From Planctomycetota bacterium (GTDB lineage Bacteria; Planctomycetota; J058), in NCBI GenBank assembly GCA_019636275.1, contig JAHBXY010000034.1:4002-68001 (forward strand): a DNA stretch of 64,000 bases, given 5' to 3'. The notes below the pieces were generated by a model. The model ran no database searches and was not told the DNA's origin. It saw only the letters and a program-made list of their open reading frames with translations. Position numbers and translations under genes: made by a program. Positions 28,263 to 38,381 of the stretch are shown here, piece by piece (positions within the stretch are counted from its first letter, which is position 1; the number at the start of each line of letters is the position of its first letter).

Positions 28263-31200
28263 ATGTCAGTGAGCCGGAGTAGCGTCCGCCGCATGACCAT
28301 CTTCGACCTGTGGAACTGCAAGATCTACGAGGCCGTCGAGTCCATGCTCGACGAGGACGAGGACCTGCACGACGCCGTCGTCGACCCCGTCCTCGACCTC
28401 GCCCGCGCGATCGACGACGCCCTCTACGAGTGGCGTGTCACGCGGGCCGAGGGCCGTCACGCCGACGAGGTGCGCGCGGCCGCCCTGGCCGTCAGCGAGG
28501 CGGTGCTCGCGCTCGACCGCGGGCTGCCGACCTCGGTGTCGATCGGCGACGACGACGACGACGACGCCTACACGGACCTGGACCTGAGCGACATCTCGCG
28601 CGAGGTCGCCAGGCTGGTGATCGACGAGGGCGTCCCCGTGCTCTGCGTCGTCCGCGAGATCCACGACGGGCCGCGGCTCGTGCTGTCGCTCGCTGAGCAC
28701 GAGGCGCTGGACGCCCTGGCGACGGAGTATCGCGAGTACATGAGCGCGCTCCAGCGCGCGCGCGAGCAGTTCGCGCGCGCGCGCGTGCCGGAGAAGCTCA
28801 TGTCCGCCGACGAGGCTCGTGTCCGGATCGCGATCGCGCTGGCCGCGCCCGACCGCACGATCGCGCCCGGCGAGGTCCTCGCCATCGCGGTCACGCCAGG
28901 CGCCGGCAAGTCGTCCGGCGCGCAGGCCGCGGCCCGTACGCAGCCGGCTCTGCCCCTGGCCTATGTCGCACGCGACCATCGCCTGACGCGGCAGGTCTGC
29001 GCCGACCTGCTGGCGCCCTCCGCGCTGCCCGCACGCCGCACCACCAGGCGCATGGGGATCCTCTCGCCGCGCGGCGATCAGGACGACACGCCCCTCTGCC
29101 TGCGGCCAGAGGAGGCGAAGGCGATCCTCGAGGCGGGCGGCTCGCCCGCTCGGCTCCTGTGCGCGACCTGTCGACACGCGCCGCCGCACGGCGGCGCGTG
29201 CAAGGCGTACGGCGGCAGCGAGGGCAGCGCGCCGGACGCCCTCGTGACCGTGCCGCACCTGTCGCCGGTCGTCGACGCCTGGTGCGTCGACCAGGACCTG
29301 CCCCCCATGGTGATCATCGACGAGCCGCCGCCGGTCACCGACACCGTCGTCGTCTCGTCGCAGCAGGTGGAGCGGGCGATCGTCGTCCTGCGCGCTGCGC
29401 GCGCGGGCCTGACGGCCCCGCGCGCGCTGCCCAAGCGTCGGCACGATCGCCGTGGGCCGCGCAAGCTCGCGGACGGCAGGTACCGCCTCGGCGGGCCCGC
29501 CGTGGAGCCAGCGGTGGCGATCGCCGTCCTGCCGGCGCTCGAGCTCGTGCGGCGCCTGCTCGCGAGCGGGCGCGCGACCGAGGTCCCCTACGGCGTCGAC
29601 CCCGCGACCATCGTGCTCGACCCCGCTCCGCCGCCGATCCCGCACACCGCCACCGCGGTCGCAGACGCCGCGCGCGACCTCCTGCGCGCGAGCGTCGACC
29701 ACGCGTGGGGGCAGCGCCGGGGCGTGGTGACGACCTGGGTCGACGACCTGCGCGACCTCGGGCTGCCGGTCGGCGCGCCGCCCGCCACGGCCGACTGGGA
29801 GAGGCTGGACCCCACGCCCTGGATCGACGCGGCCAGCGGCGGCCTGTCGGTGCTCGCGCCCGTGACCTCGCTGGGCGACGACCGCGCCACGGTCGGCGTC
29901 GAGGAGGCCCTCTCGGAGCCCGCGCGGAGCACGCTCGCTGCGGCCGCGGAGGACGCGCCCCGCGCGCTCGACGCCCTGCGCGCGCTCTCGACCGGCCGCA
30001 CCCTCGCGCGCTGGCTCGCGCCCCAGCGCGAGCGCGGGCTGCCGCAGGGAGTCGCGCGCGTCGTCGATCGCACGATCGTGGTCACCGCGCCGAGCGTGCG
30101 CGCCGCCGAGCTGCTCGGCGCGCGAGGCCACCTCGCCGTGCTCGACGCGACCCCCGACCGCGCTGGTCTCGCGGCCGCCGCGCGCTGGGTGGGGCGGCAG
30201 CCGGTCTGGCTCGACCTCGACGTCGACGACGGCGCGGACGTGCGCCGGGAGATGATCTACGCCTCGGCTTCGGCGAAGCGCATCCTGCTCGCGGGGGGCG
30301 AGGTCCAGTGGGACGCCCTCGGCAGCCTGCTGGTCCATGCGCTCGAGCGAATCGGAGGTGACGCCGTCAGGACGGTCCTCGTCGTCACCCACAAGGCCGT
30401 CGCGGACGCCCTGCGGCCGATCCTGCACCTCGAGCGCCCTCACCTCCGCAAGGTCGGGCACGAGGGCGCTGCCGACGCGCTCCGCGGATGGTACGAGGGG
30501 CTGCCGGGTCGCCAGATCATCCTCGCCCACTACCACGCGATCCGAGGGCAAAACGCCTTTAGGTGGCGCAAGGACGAGATCCCATGGATCGCTCTCGACG
30601 CGTGCGTCACGATTGGGGACCCGTACCCGACGCTCGACCATGCGCGTGACGCAGGCATCCTGCTCGGCCTCGACGCCCCCATGGATCGCGTGCGCCAGCT
30701 CGCCGCCGACGAGCTCGCGCAGGCGCACGGTCGCCTGCGCGCGCCCGTGCGACCACGGCCAGGGCTGTCCGTACATCTCGGCCAGGTCGTACCGACCGGC
30801 TGGCATCCCGGCAACGCGGCGCTCATCGAGCTCGAGCGCGGGCGACCGCCGGATCCGGCGGACATGTCCCGCGAGGAGCTGCTCGCGCTCATCGCCGCCC
30901 ACGGGTCGGCAGGTGCGCTCGCGCGCGCCGCGATGGTGGCGCCATCGACGATCAGTCGGTACCTGTCTGGCAAGCGGATCCTGACGGCCTCGACGGCAGA
31001 GCGCCTGCGGGCTGCGCCGCTGCCGCCAGGAGTGACGCCGCCGGTCGTTGCCGCCGACGTCGTCGCCGCAGGCGCGCCGTCGGAGATCGATGCGCCGGCG
31101 ACCGACGCTGACGAGCCGCCGCCGCCCGCGCCGACTGCGCCGCCACCGATCATCCTGCCGCAGGTCGTCCGACTCGCGCCGCCCAGACCCCTGCCGGTGG

Positions 31201-31466
31201 ACGACGACGAGGCGCGGGCCCTGCTCTGCGCGCGCGTCGAGGAGGTCGAGGGCGTCCTCGCCGCGCGCCTCGCCGCCCTCGAGGTGGCGCTGGCCGACGT
31301 CACTGACGAGCGCCAGCGCGTCGCGGCCACCCGCCGCTGGCTCGAGGCCACGCCCGTGACGCCGGCCTGGCCGGCGTCGGACGCCGAGCGCGCCGCCCGG
31401 CTCCTGGGCGGCGTGCCGGCCGCCATAACCCGCCTCGCGGCGGAGCAGTGGTGGGTCGGACGCTAA
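28263..31466 (+). CDS. large P-loop NTPase (Walker A AVTPGAGKSS, Walker B VIIDEPP) with acidic N-terminal region and C-terminal XRE-like HTH
   Basis: 1067 aa. An alternative start is at 28293 (MTIFDLW). The C-terminus STISRYLSGKRILTASTAERL is HTH-like. Confidence 0.55.
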   Translation: MSVSRSSVRRMTIFDLWNCKIYEAVESMLDEDEDLHDAVVDPVLDLARAIDDALYEWRVTRAEGRHADEVRAAALAVSEAVLALDRGLPTSVSIGDDDDDDAYTDLDLSDISREVARLVIDEGVPVLCVVREIHDGPRLVLSLAEHEALDALATEYREYMSALQRAREQFARARVPEKLMSADEARVRIAIALAAPDRTIAPGEVLAIAVTPGAGKSSGAQAAARTQPALPLAYVARDHRLTRQVCADLLAPSALPARRTTRRMGILSPRGDQDDTPLCLRPEEAKAILEAGGSPARLLCATCRHAPPHGGACKAYGGSEGSAPDALVTVPHLSPVVDAWCVDQDLPPMVIIDEPPPVTDTVVVSSQQVERAIVVLRAARAGLTAPRALPKRRHDRRGPRKLADGRYRLGGPAVEPAVAIAVLPALELVRRLLASGRATEVPYGVDPATIVLDPAPPPIPHTATAVADAARDLLRASVDHAWGQRRGVVTTWVDDLRDLGLPVGAPPATADWERLDPTPWIDAASGGLSVLAPVTSLGDDRATVGVEEALSEPARSTLAAAAEDAPRALDALRALSTGRTLARWLAPQRERGLPQGVARVVDRTIVVTAPSVRAAELLGARGHLAVLDATPDRAGLAAAARWVGRQPVWLDLDVDDGADVRREMIYASASAKRILLAGGEVQWDALGSLLVHALERIGGDAVRTVLVVTHKAVADALRPILHLERPHLRKVGHEGAADALRGWYEGLPGRQIILAHYHAIRGQNAFRWRKDEIPWIALDACVTIGDPYPTLDHARDAGILLGLDAPMDRVRQLAADELAQAHGRLRAPVRPRPGLSVHLGQVVPTGWHPGNAALIELERGRPPDPADMSREELLALIAAHGSAGALARAAMVAPSTISRYLSGKRILTASTAERLRAAPLPPGVTPPVVAADVVAAGAPSEIDAPATDADEPPPPAPTAPPPIILPQVVRLAPPRPLPVDDDEARALLCARVEEVEGVLAARLAALEVALADVTDERQRVAATRRWLEATPVTPAWPASDAERAARLLGGVPAAITRLAAEQWWVGR

Positions 31467-31563
31467 GTCCATATTTCGCTACGACTTGCCCGTTGCCAGA
31501 ACCCCACTATCTGTACTGTACTGGAATTCTGGCAACACGTAACAATGAGGAGGAACTGAGGTT

Positions 31564-32304
31564 ATGCAGAGAGTCCAGATCAGAGCCAGCCGAGCCGAGC
31601 TCCCCGCCCTCGCGGCGGCGGCCACCTACGGTCTGCCGGCGGGCGCCCGAGGCCGGTGGCTGTCGGCGATCGTCGTCGCGGCGGATTACTCGATGCGCGC
31701 GGACCTCGGCCGGACGATCCGGGTCCGGCTCGCCATCCGGACCGACGACCCGGCGCACCGTCGTGGCGTCATCGAGGACGCCCTGAAAATCGCTCACTCG
31801 CGCCACGTCGCGCGGCTTCGTCGCGCGCTCGACCTGGACGAGGGCGAGCCGGTGACTCCCGAGGCGGTCCTCGGCGCGCACGTCCTCGTGCTGATCGGCC
31901 TCGATGCTGAGGGCGGATGGCGCGTGCGTGGCTACCGCCACCTGTTCGCGGAGCGCATGCGCCCCGCGCACGAGGCGCTCGGGCTGCGCCCGAGCGAGAG
32001 GAAGCGCTACTACGGCGTGATCGACGACGTCGAGGTCGCGGGCGGGGGCGCGAACCGCCTCGAACTCCGCCTGGCGATCGACGTGGGCGACGACCCCGCT
32101 GCCGACGCCGTCCACCTGGCGGCCAGCCTGCTGTGCACGACGCAGACCGTCGTCGCTGGCGTCCGCATGCTAGGCGACGACGGCGCCTGGGCACTCGACC
32201 CGCGCGAGCTGACGGGCATGCCGGTGCGCATCACCTGCTGGGCGGAGAGCTACGGCGCGCGCTACCCCGTCCACGTCGTCGTGGGGTCGATCGAGGCGGC
32301 ATAG
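31564..32304 (+). CDS. hypothetical protein
   Basis: 246 aa. It has a strong RBS (AGGAGGAAC) and is preceded by an AT-rich promoter-like region with the inverted repeat ttgccagaa/ttctggcaa. Confidence 0.5.
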   Translation: MQRVQIRASRAELPALAAAATYGLPAGARGRWLSAIVVAADYSMRADLGRTIRVRLAIRTDDPAHRRGVIEDALKIAHSRHVARLRRALDLDEGEPVTPEAVLGAHVLVLIGLDAEGGWRVRGYRHLFAERMRPAHEALGLRPSERKRYYGVIDDVEVAGGGANRLELRLAIDVGDDPAADAVHLAASLLCTTQTVVAGVRMLGDDGAWALDPRELTGMPVRITCWAESYGARYPVHVVVGSIEAA

Positions 32305-32470
32305 GTCACCTCCGCTCGCGTCGGTCGCCCTGCGCGCGCGCGCGTCGTCGGGCCCGCGCGCGCGTTGTTCGGACCGCGCGCGCGGTCCTGCGCGCCCGCG
32401 CGCGCGTGTTGTTCGGGCCGCGCGCGCGTCGGTCGGACCGCGCGCGGGTCCTGCGCGCCCGCACGCGGCG
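32300..32470. repeat. GC-rich imperfect tandem repeat array (~20-22-bp units, core G(G/A)(C/G)CCGCGCGCGCG; includes perfect palindrome ggaccgcgcgcgcggtcc)
   Basis: About 7 units lie immediately upstream of the serine recombinase gene. Confidence 0.6.
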
Positions 32471-32525
32471 GCCAAGTTGCCCGCCCTGACGAATCACCCG
32501 CTACGGTCACGTCAGGAGGTCAGCC

Positions 32526-33143
32526 ATGACCACACGAGTCGCCCTCTACGCGCGCGTCTCTACGCCCGATCAGAACCCCGCCATGCAGGTCGAGGCCATG
32601 CAGGCCGAGGCCGCGCGTCGCGGCTGGATCGTCCACGACACCTACATCGACCACGGCGTCAGCGGCGCCAAGGACCGACGCCCGGCGCTGGACCGCCTGA
32701 TGGCGGCCATGCGGTCAGGCGAGGTGCAGGCCGTGATGGTGTGGAAGTTCGACAGGATGGCGCGATCGGTGCGCCACCTCCTTGCCGTCGTGGACGAATT
32801 CCGCGCTAACGACGTGCTCTTCATCTCCCTCACGGAAAACATCGACACGTCCTCCGCCATTGGCGCCGCCATGCTCATCATCCTGGCCGCGATCGCCCAA
32901 CTCGAGCGCGACATCATCCGCGAGCGCGTCCTCGCAGGCGTGGCCCGCGCCCGTCGCCGCCGCTCGACCTGGGGCCGAGCCCAGCGGTGGACCGAGGAGG
33001 ACGCGCGCAGGGCGATCGAGCTCCGCTCCCAAGGCCGATCCTGGCGCGAGGTCGCCATGGCGACGCACCTACCCGTCAGGACGATCCGTCGGGCCGTGGC
33101 CGCCGTGGCACATACCTCCCCCTCGCAGACGCCCTCCGCGTAG
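32526..33143 (+). CDS. serine recombinase (resolvase/invertase family)
   Basis: Has the catalytic-Ser motif ALYARVSTPDQ near the N-terminus and a C-terminal HTH. Confidence 0.9.
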   Translation: MTTRVALYARVSTPDQNPAMQVEAMQAEAARRGWIVHDTYIDHGVSGAKDRRPALDRLMAAMRSGEVQAVMVWKFDRMARSVRHLLAVVDEFRANDVLFISLTENIDTSSAIGAAMLIILAAIAQLERDIIRERVLAGVARARRRRSTWGRAQRWTEEDARRAIELRSQGRSWREVAMATHLPVRTIRRAVAAVAHTSPSQTPSA

Positions 33144-33179
33144 AGGGAGAGGGTGGGGTCGCGATGACCCCTGCCGACC

Positions 33180-33620
33180 TCACCTGCTTGTGCCACGGCG
33201 GGCGGACCGGCCTGACGCCCTTCGCTTCGGCCCGAGGCGCCGATCCTCGCCCTCCCGCTCCGGCTCCAGGAACAGCCTGACGAGCCGCTCGATCTTCGAC
33301 ATCTGGGAGACGCTCGCGCCCCTGGCCAGCGCAGCGACCCTGCGCCCGAGGGCGTCTGCCGGCGTCGCGGCAGCCTCCTTCGCACCGAAGCGGAACAGCT
33401 CGTGCGGCGCGACGTCGAGGCCCCTGGCGATCTTCTCCAGGCTCTCGACCGTCGCGGCCTTCTCGCCGCGCTCGACGGTCCCGAGGAACACCTTGCTGAT
33501 GCCGCTCGCGATCGCGAGTTGGCCCTGCGTCAGGCCCCGCCGTTCGCGCAGCTCCCGGATGCGGTCGCCCAGAGGCGCCTTGATGTCCTTCGCACGAGGC
33601 TTGATGCGTGGCCGGCCCAC
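33180..33620 (-). CDS. XRE-family HTH transcriptional regulator
   Basis: LGDRIRELRERRGLTQGQLAIASGISKVFLGTVERGEKAATVESLEKIARGLDV is a Cro/C1-type HTH. GTG start with RBS AAGGAG. Confidence 0.7.
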   Translation of the reverse strand: MGRPRIKPRAKDIKAPLGDRIRELRERRGLTQGQLAIASGISKVFLGTVERGEKAATVESLEKIARGLDVAPHELFRFGAKEAAATPADALGRRVAALARGASVSQMSKIERLVRLFLEPEREGEDRRLGPKRRASGRSARRGTSR

Positions 33621-33913
33621 GAGGACTCCTTTGGGTGTCCAGGCTACAGCCACCCCGAAGGCCCGCAACGGCCCGTAGTTGCTGGCCTGTCGCGAGAGGC
33701 GCCGCCTAGCGGCAACATCCCACTGGATGTATGCGCAAGAACATCGTAGGGATGTTATTGCGACAGCATCCGGGCCCCGCCAGCCACGGCCACGCGCGCA
33801 CCTGCCCGCGCTCGAGGTCGCCACGTCCATGGCCGGCGTGGGCTCCGGACGTCGCCTCCGCCGCACCCCTGGGCCGGGCGCGTCGGGCGACCCAGGCCCC
33901 TCAGGAGTCCACG

Positions 33914-34303
33914 ATGATCACTCGCGTCCTGACGGCGCTGACCTGCGCCGTCGCCCTATCCGTCACCGGATGCGCCGCGACGAACGCGCCCGCGTCCGGC
34001 CTGCTGTTCACCAGCGTGAGCGGTCCGCTCAACGCGACCGACTTCGGCGCTCCGCATGCGCCTGCGCAGCCGACGAGCTCCTACGGCTCGACCGCCGCTC
34101 CCGCGACGCCAGCGCCTGCCGCCACGAAGACCGGCACGAGCGAGACGACCGGCTTCCTCTGGCTGGTCAGCATCGGCGACGCCTCGATCGACACGGCCAA
34201 GAAGAACGGCGCGATCACGCGCGTCGCCTCGACGGACTACCAGCACGTCATCGTGCTCGGGGGTCTGTTTTCCAAGTTCACGACGATCGTGAAGGGCGAG
34301 TAG
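33914..34303 (+). CDS. TRL-like family lipoprotein
   Basis: 129 aa. Has a lipobox (LSVTGC), an AGGAG RBS and the C-terminal block TDYQHVIVLGGLFSKFTTIVKGE. Confidence 0.5.
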   Translation: MITRVLTALTCAVALSVTGCAATNAPASGLLFTSVSGPLNATDFGAPHAPAQPTSSYGSTAAPATPAPAATKTGTSETTGFLWLVSIGDASIDTAKKNGAITRVASTDYQHVIVLGGLFSKFTTIVKGE

Positions 34304-34535
34304 CCGAACGACGAAGCGGCCTCCGAGCCGCATCCACACCACCACGCGGCCCCCGATCCGAACCCGCCAGTTCCGCGCAGCGCCGCCGCAACCATGACCG
34401 ACACCCGCGAGGGCGTCGGCCACGGACCGCTCGCGCTGCGGCCTCTGGCGGGGCCCGGGTCGGGGGCGGCACCGGGCCGGCGCCCTCGCCCTGTACGGCG
34501 AGGGCGTGGGCTCGGGCACGCACAGGAGCCCCGCC

Positions 34536-35999
34536 ATGTCGAAGAAGAACCAGACGCCCGACGTCGAAGGCGACAGGCCCGACCCGCTCACGGTCGTTGT
34601 GGACGGCCTGCGCTACACGCTCGACGCTGCGCCTCGCAGGAGCGGCAAGAAGAACATCGTCACCGTCGCGCTCGACGGCTCGACCGAGACGACGCCACCG
34701 CTCGTCGATCGCTGCGACCTGTTCGCGTTCAGGAGCCGCCGAGCGCTCGCGCAGCTCGTGGCCGACCTGTTCGGGCGCGAGCAGGGCGCGGTCCTCGGCG
34801 CCTTGGCCCTGCTGCTCGATCAGGCCGAGCGCACGGCCCAGCTCGATCGGCCTACGCCTGAACGTCTGTCCGACGAGCGTCGCAAGGCCGCCGAGCAGCT
34901 CCTCGCCAGCAAGGACCTGCTCGACCGCGCCGCCGCCGCCATGGAGGCGCTCGGCCACGTCGGCGAGGAGCACGTCAAGCGGATCGCCTACCTCGTCGCC
35001 ACGAGCCGGCTCATGGCGTCGCCGCTGTCGCTGCTCCTGCTGGCGCCCTCGGGCACCGGCAAGAGCGCCGTGCTGGATGCCGTGTCGGCGCTCATGCCGT
35101 CGGAGTCCGTCGTCACGCTGGCGCGCCTGACGCCGCAGGCGCTGTTCTACAGCGGCAGCGACGCGCTCCGGCATCGCCTCGTGATCGTCGACGAATACGA
35201 AGGCCAAGCCGACGCCGACCACGCCGTGCGCGTCCTCCAGAGCAGGGGCGAGCTCCGCCAGTCGGTCACCATCCGGGGCAAGGCCGAAGAGCTCGTCGCC
35301 AAGGGCCCCGTCGCCGTCATGAGCGGGACGACGCTCTCGAACATCGACCCGCAGAACACGAGCAGGTGCATCGAGCTCGCCCTCGACGACAGCCTCGAGC
35401 AGACCCGCCGCGTGCAGGCCGCGCAGGCCGCCGCCTGGTCCGGCGCGCGGAAGGCGACGCTGAACATCCAGGTGTGGCACGACGCCCAGCGCCTGCTCGG
35501 CGAGGAGCCGCCGGTCCACGTCGTCATCCCGTTCGCCGCGAAGCTCACGTTCCCCGCGAGGACCACCGCCGATCGCCGCGCGTCGGCCAAGCTCCTCGGC
35601 CTCGTTGCGGCTCACGCCCTGCTCCACAGTCGGCAGCGCGAGCGCGACCGCGAGGGCCACGTCGTGGCCACGGTCGCCGACTACGCCGTCGTGCATGCTC
35701 TCGTGCAGCCCGCGCTCGACGCGGCCGCGCTGGACCTCTCGCCTCGGGCGGCTCGCGTCCTGCGCTGGATGACGGAGCACGAAGGCGAGGCTACCGACCG
35801 CCGCGAGGTCGCCAGCGCGATGGGCTGGAGCTACAACACCGCGAAGAAGGCGCTCGCCGAGCTGGCCGCGCAGGAGCTGGTGCGCGTCGTCGAGCCCGGG
35901 CCGCCCGCCCGCTACCGCCTGCTCGGGCCGCGGGGCGCCCTGGGCGGGACGTCCGAGCTGATCGCGCCTGCCGCCCTCGCCGCGCGTCGCACACGCTGA
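34536..35999 (+). CDS. P-loop NTPase (putative primase/helicase-associated or mobilisation ATPase)
   Basis: Walker A LAPSGTGKSAV and Walker B LVIVDEYEG. RBS CAGGAG. Confidence 0.55.
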   Translation: MSKKNQTPDVEGDRPDPLTVVVDGLRYTLDAAPRRSGKKNIVTVALDGSTETTPPLVDRCDLFAFRSRRALAQLVADLFGREQGAVLGALALLLDQAERTAQLDRPTPERLSDERRKAAEQLLASKDLLDRAAAAMEALGHVGEEHVKRIAYLVATSRLMASPLSLLLLAPSGTGKSAVLDAVSALMPSESVVTLARLTPQALFYSGSDALRHRLVIVDEYEGQADADHAVRVLQSRGELRQSVTIRGKAEELVAKGPVAVMSGTTLSNIDPQNTSRCIELALDDSLEQTRRVQAAQAAAWSGARKATLNIQVWHDAQRLLGEEPPVHVVIPFAAKLTFPARTTADRRASAKLLGLVAAHALLHSRQRERDREGHVVATVADYAVVHALVQPALDAAALDLSPRAARVLRWMTEHEGEATDRREVASAMGWSYNTAKKALAELAAQELVRVVEPGPPARYRLLGPRGALGGTSELIAPAALAARRTR

Positions 36000-36219
36000 C
36001 CGGGCCCTTGCACGCGTAGGCCCTTGCACAGCAAGGCCGTTGCACAGCGTTGCACGGCGCGTTGCACGGGCTAAGTGGCGCGCCCGTAGGCCCTTGAGCC
36101 CTCGGCCGGGTCTCCGGCACCGCCTCCACACCATCCATCCGGCCTGCGCCCCCCGTCGCAGGCCTAACCCACCACACCACCTCACCGAACCGCCGGCCCC
36201 GCCGGCAAGGAGTGCCTCG

Positions 36220-36486
36220 ATGTCCGCCTACCGTCTCTCCTGGCCCAAGGCGATCCGCCGCTACGCCCGGCGCCTCGGCGCCAAGGACGCCCACCGGGTC
36301 GCCGAGCGCGTCCTGATCCTCTCCCTGCTGGCCGCCCACGCCGGCACGCCGACGCCGGCCAAGACCGGGATCACCGCGATCGACAGGTACGTCCGCTCGC
36401 TGCCGAGGCACATGCGGCGGCGCGCCCAGCGGATCGTCGTCGACTTCATCAACGACTTGTCGAAGATCAACCGGAGCGCGAAGTGA
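36220..36486 (+). CDS. small protein upstream of tyrosine recombinases (possible directionality or accessory factor)
   Basis: 88 aa. RBS AAGGAG. Its stop overlaps the recombinase GTG start. Confidence 0.4.
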   Translation: MSAYRLSWPKAIRRYARRLGAKDAHRVAERVLILSLLAAHAGTPTPAKTGITAIDRYVRSLPRHMRRRAQRIVVDFINDLSKINRSAK

Positions 36487-37433
36487 GCCGCCGCCGCACG
36501 CCGGCCCTGACCTGGGAGGCGGCGCTCGACGCCTACGAGACGCACCTCCGCGCCCGCCGCGCGTCGCCCCGCACGATCAGCCGCTACCTGGCCGACCTGC
36601 GCCACCTCGCCGCGTCGCTGCCCGACCGCACCCCGGGCGAGGTCACCACCGAGGACCTGCGCACGCTCCAGGTCCGCCTGCTCACCGGCGAGGCGTCCGT
36701 CAGCCGGAGGCCGCTCTCCGCCGCCTCGGCGTCGCGGATCGGCTCGGCCTGGCGCGGGTTCTTCGGCTTCCTCGCGGCCGAGGGGCGCGTCGCGCTCGAC
36801 CCGACCGTGCGCCTCGAGCAGCCCCGCGCCCCGCGCCGAGCGCCGGGCGACGCGCTGACCGTCAAGGAGGTCGAGCGGCTCCTCGGCGCCTTCGCCGCGA
36901 CCACGCCCGCGTCGCTGCGCGACCGCGCGATCCTGGAGGTCCTGTACGCCACCGGCCTGCGCAACGCCGAGCTGTGCGCCCTGGACCTGGCCGACGTGGA
37001 CCACGCCGAGCGCGAGGTCACGGTCCGCGCGGGCAAGGGCGAGAAGGGCCGGATCGTGCCGATCACGCGCTCGGCCCACGCGCGCCTGCGCGACTACCTC
37101 GACGACGCGCGCGCCGCGCTCGCCTCCTCGCACCCCGACTCCGGCGGGGCGCTGTTCCTCACCGCGCGCGGCCGGCGCGTCCACGGCGTCCACCTGCTGC
37201 GGCTGCTGCGCGAGGCCGCGCGCCGCGCGGGCATGAAGAAGAACGTCACGCCCCACACGCTCAGGCGGACCTTCGCCACGGCGCTGCTCAGGAACGGCGT
37301 GAACGTGCGCGTGATCCAGGTCCTGCTCGGCCACGAGTCGCTCACGACCACGGCCGCCTACCTGAAGCTCGACCGCTCGGATCTCCGGCGGGAGCTGCTC
37401 CTGCGCCACCCGCGCGAGCGGCTGGAGGCCTAG
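36483..37433 (+). CDS. tyrosine recombinase (XerC/XerD / phage integrase family)
   Basis: The C-terminus HTLRRTFATALLRNGVNVRVIQVLLGHESLTTTAAYLKL carries the R-H-R-Y catalytic signature. Confidence 0.9.
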   Translation: MSRRRTPALTWEAALDAYETHLRARRASPRTISRYLADLRHLAASLPDRTPGEVTTEDLRTLQVRLLTGEASVSRRPLSAASASRIGSAWRGFFGFLAAEGRVALDPTVRLEQPRAPRRAPGDALTVKEVERLLGAFAATTPASLRDRAILEVLYATGLRNAELCALDLADVDHAEREVTVRAGKGEKGRIVPITRSAHARLRDYLDDARAALASSHPDSGGALFLTARGRRVHGVHLLRLLREAARRAGMKKNVTPHTLRRTFATALLRNGVNVRVIQVLLGHESLTTTAAYLKLDRSDLRRELLLRHPRERLEA

Positions 37434-37436
37434 GCC

Positions 37437-38381
37437 ATGGCCCGCGACTCGAGGGGGCTCGCCCGTGCGCTGACCGCCGCCGACCGCGAGCTCCAGCGCC
37501 TCGGCCGCGCCCCGCGCACGCGCGAGGACGTCCTCGCGGAGACCCGGCGGTTCCTCGCCGCGACCGGCCGCGCGGCCCGCGCCGTCCGGCGCGAGGACGT
37601 CGTCCGCTACCTGGCCGCCGCGCAGCGGCGCGGCGTCACCGGGCGCACGCAGCAGAACGCGCTCACGCTCCTGCGAATGTTCTTCCGCGCCCTCGTGACG
37701 GCCGGCGCCGTGCGCGCGGACCCCACGGCCGACGTGCCCTTCCCGCAGGCCGGCGAGCCCGCGCGCCTGGCCGTCTCCGAGCAGGGCGCGCGGGCGCTGC
37801 TCGTGTCGTCCTCGACGCCGGCCGAGCGCAGGCACGGCCAGGCCACGGTCGACGCGCGCACGGCGCTGGCGCGCGCCCGCCGCGACCGGGCCGCGCTCGA
37901 GGTCCTGTTCGGCCTCGGCGTGCGCTCCTCCGAGGCCCGGACCGCCCGCGTCGCCGACCTGGACCTCGCGAACGGCACGCTGCTCGTCCGCCGCGCCAAG
38001 CGTGGAGAGGTCGAGCGCCTGCCGCTGCCGCCGGCCGCGCTGCCGCACGTCGCGAGCTACGCCCTCGACGCGCGGCGGCTCCTGCTCGGCCAGGCGCCGG
38101 ACCACGGCCTGCTCCTCGTGCGTGACGACGGGCGGCCGTTCACGTACGGCAGCGCCCTCAACGTGCTCGTGTCGCGCGTGGCCCGGCGCGCGGGCGTGCG
38201 GGCGCACCCGCACGCGCTCAGGCGCGGCCTGGCCACGGCGCTGGTGCGGCGCGGCGCGTCGCTGCCGGTCGTGCAGGCGCTCCTCGGGCACAAGGACCTG
38301 GCCGTCGTCGCCGCGTACGTGCTCGTCGACAAGGACGACCTGCGCCGCGCGGTGGAGGCGCTGGAGCTGGAGCGGCGGTAG
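37437..38381 (+). CDS. tyrosine recombinase, second of tandem pair
   Basis: HALRRGLATALVRRGASLPVVQALLGHKDLAVVAAY is the integrase catalytic box. Confidence 0.9.
   Translation: MARDSRGLARALTAADRELQRLGRAPRTREDVLAETRRFLAATGRAARAVRREDVVRYLAAAQRRGVTGRTQQNALTLLRMFFRALVTAGAVRADPTADVPFPQAGEPARLAVSEQGARALLVSSSTPAERRHGQATVDARTALARARRDRAALEVLFGLGVRSSEARTARVADLDLANGTLLVRRAKRGEVERLPLPPAALPHVASYALDARRLLLGQAPDHGLLLVRDDGRPFTYGSALNVLVSRVARRAGVRAHPHALRRGLATALVRRGASLPVVQALLGHKDLAVVAAYVLVDKDDLRRAVEALELERR

Noticed and set aside
26274-31472. Long minus-strand ORFs (26274-28172, 28266-31472) opposite the mobile-element genes
   Set aside because: GC-driven antisense frames with low-complexity translations.
31917-32510. 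Arg-rich small ORFs over the GC-repeat array (e.g. 32262-32510 minus, 32306-32497 minus)
   Set aside because: They are translations of the GCGCGC repeat units, with no coding signal.
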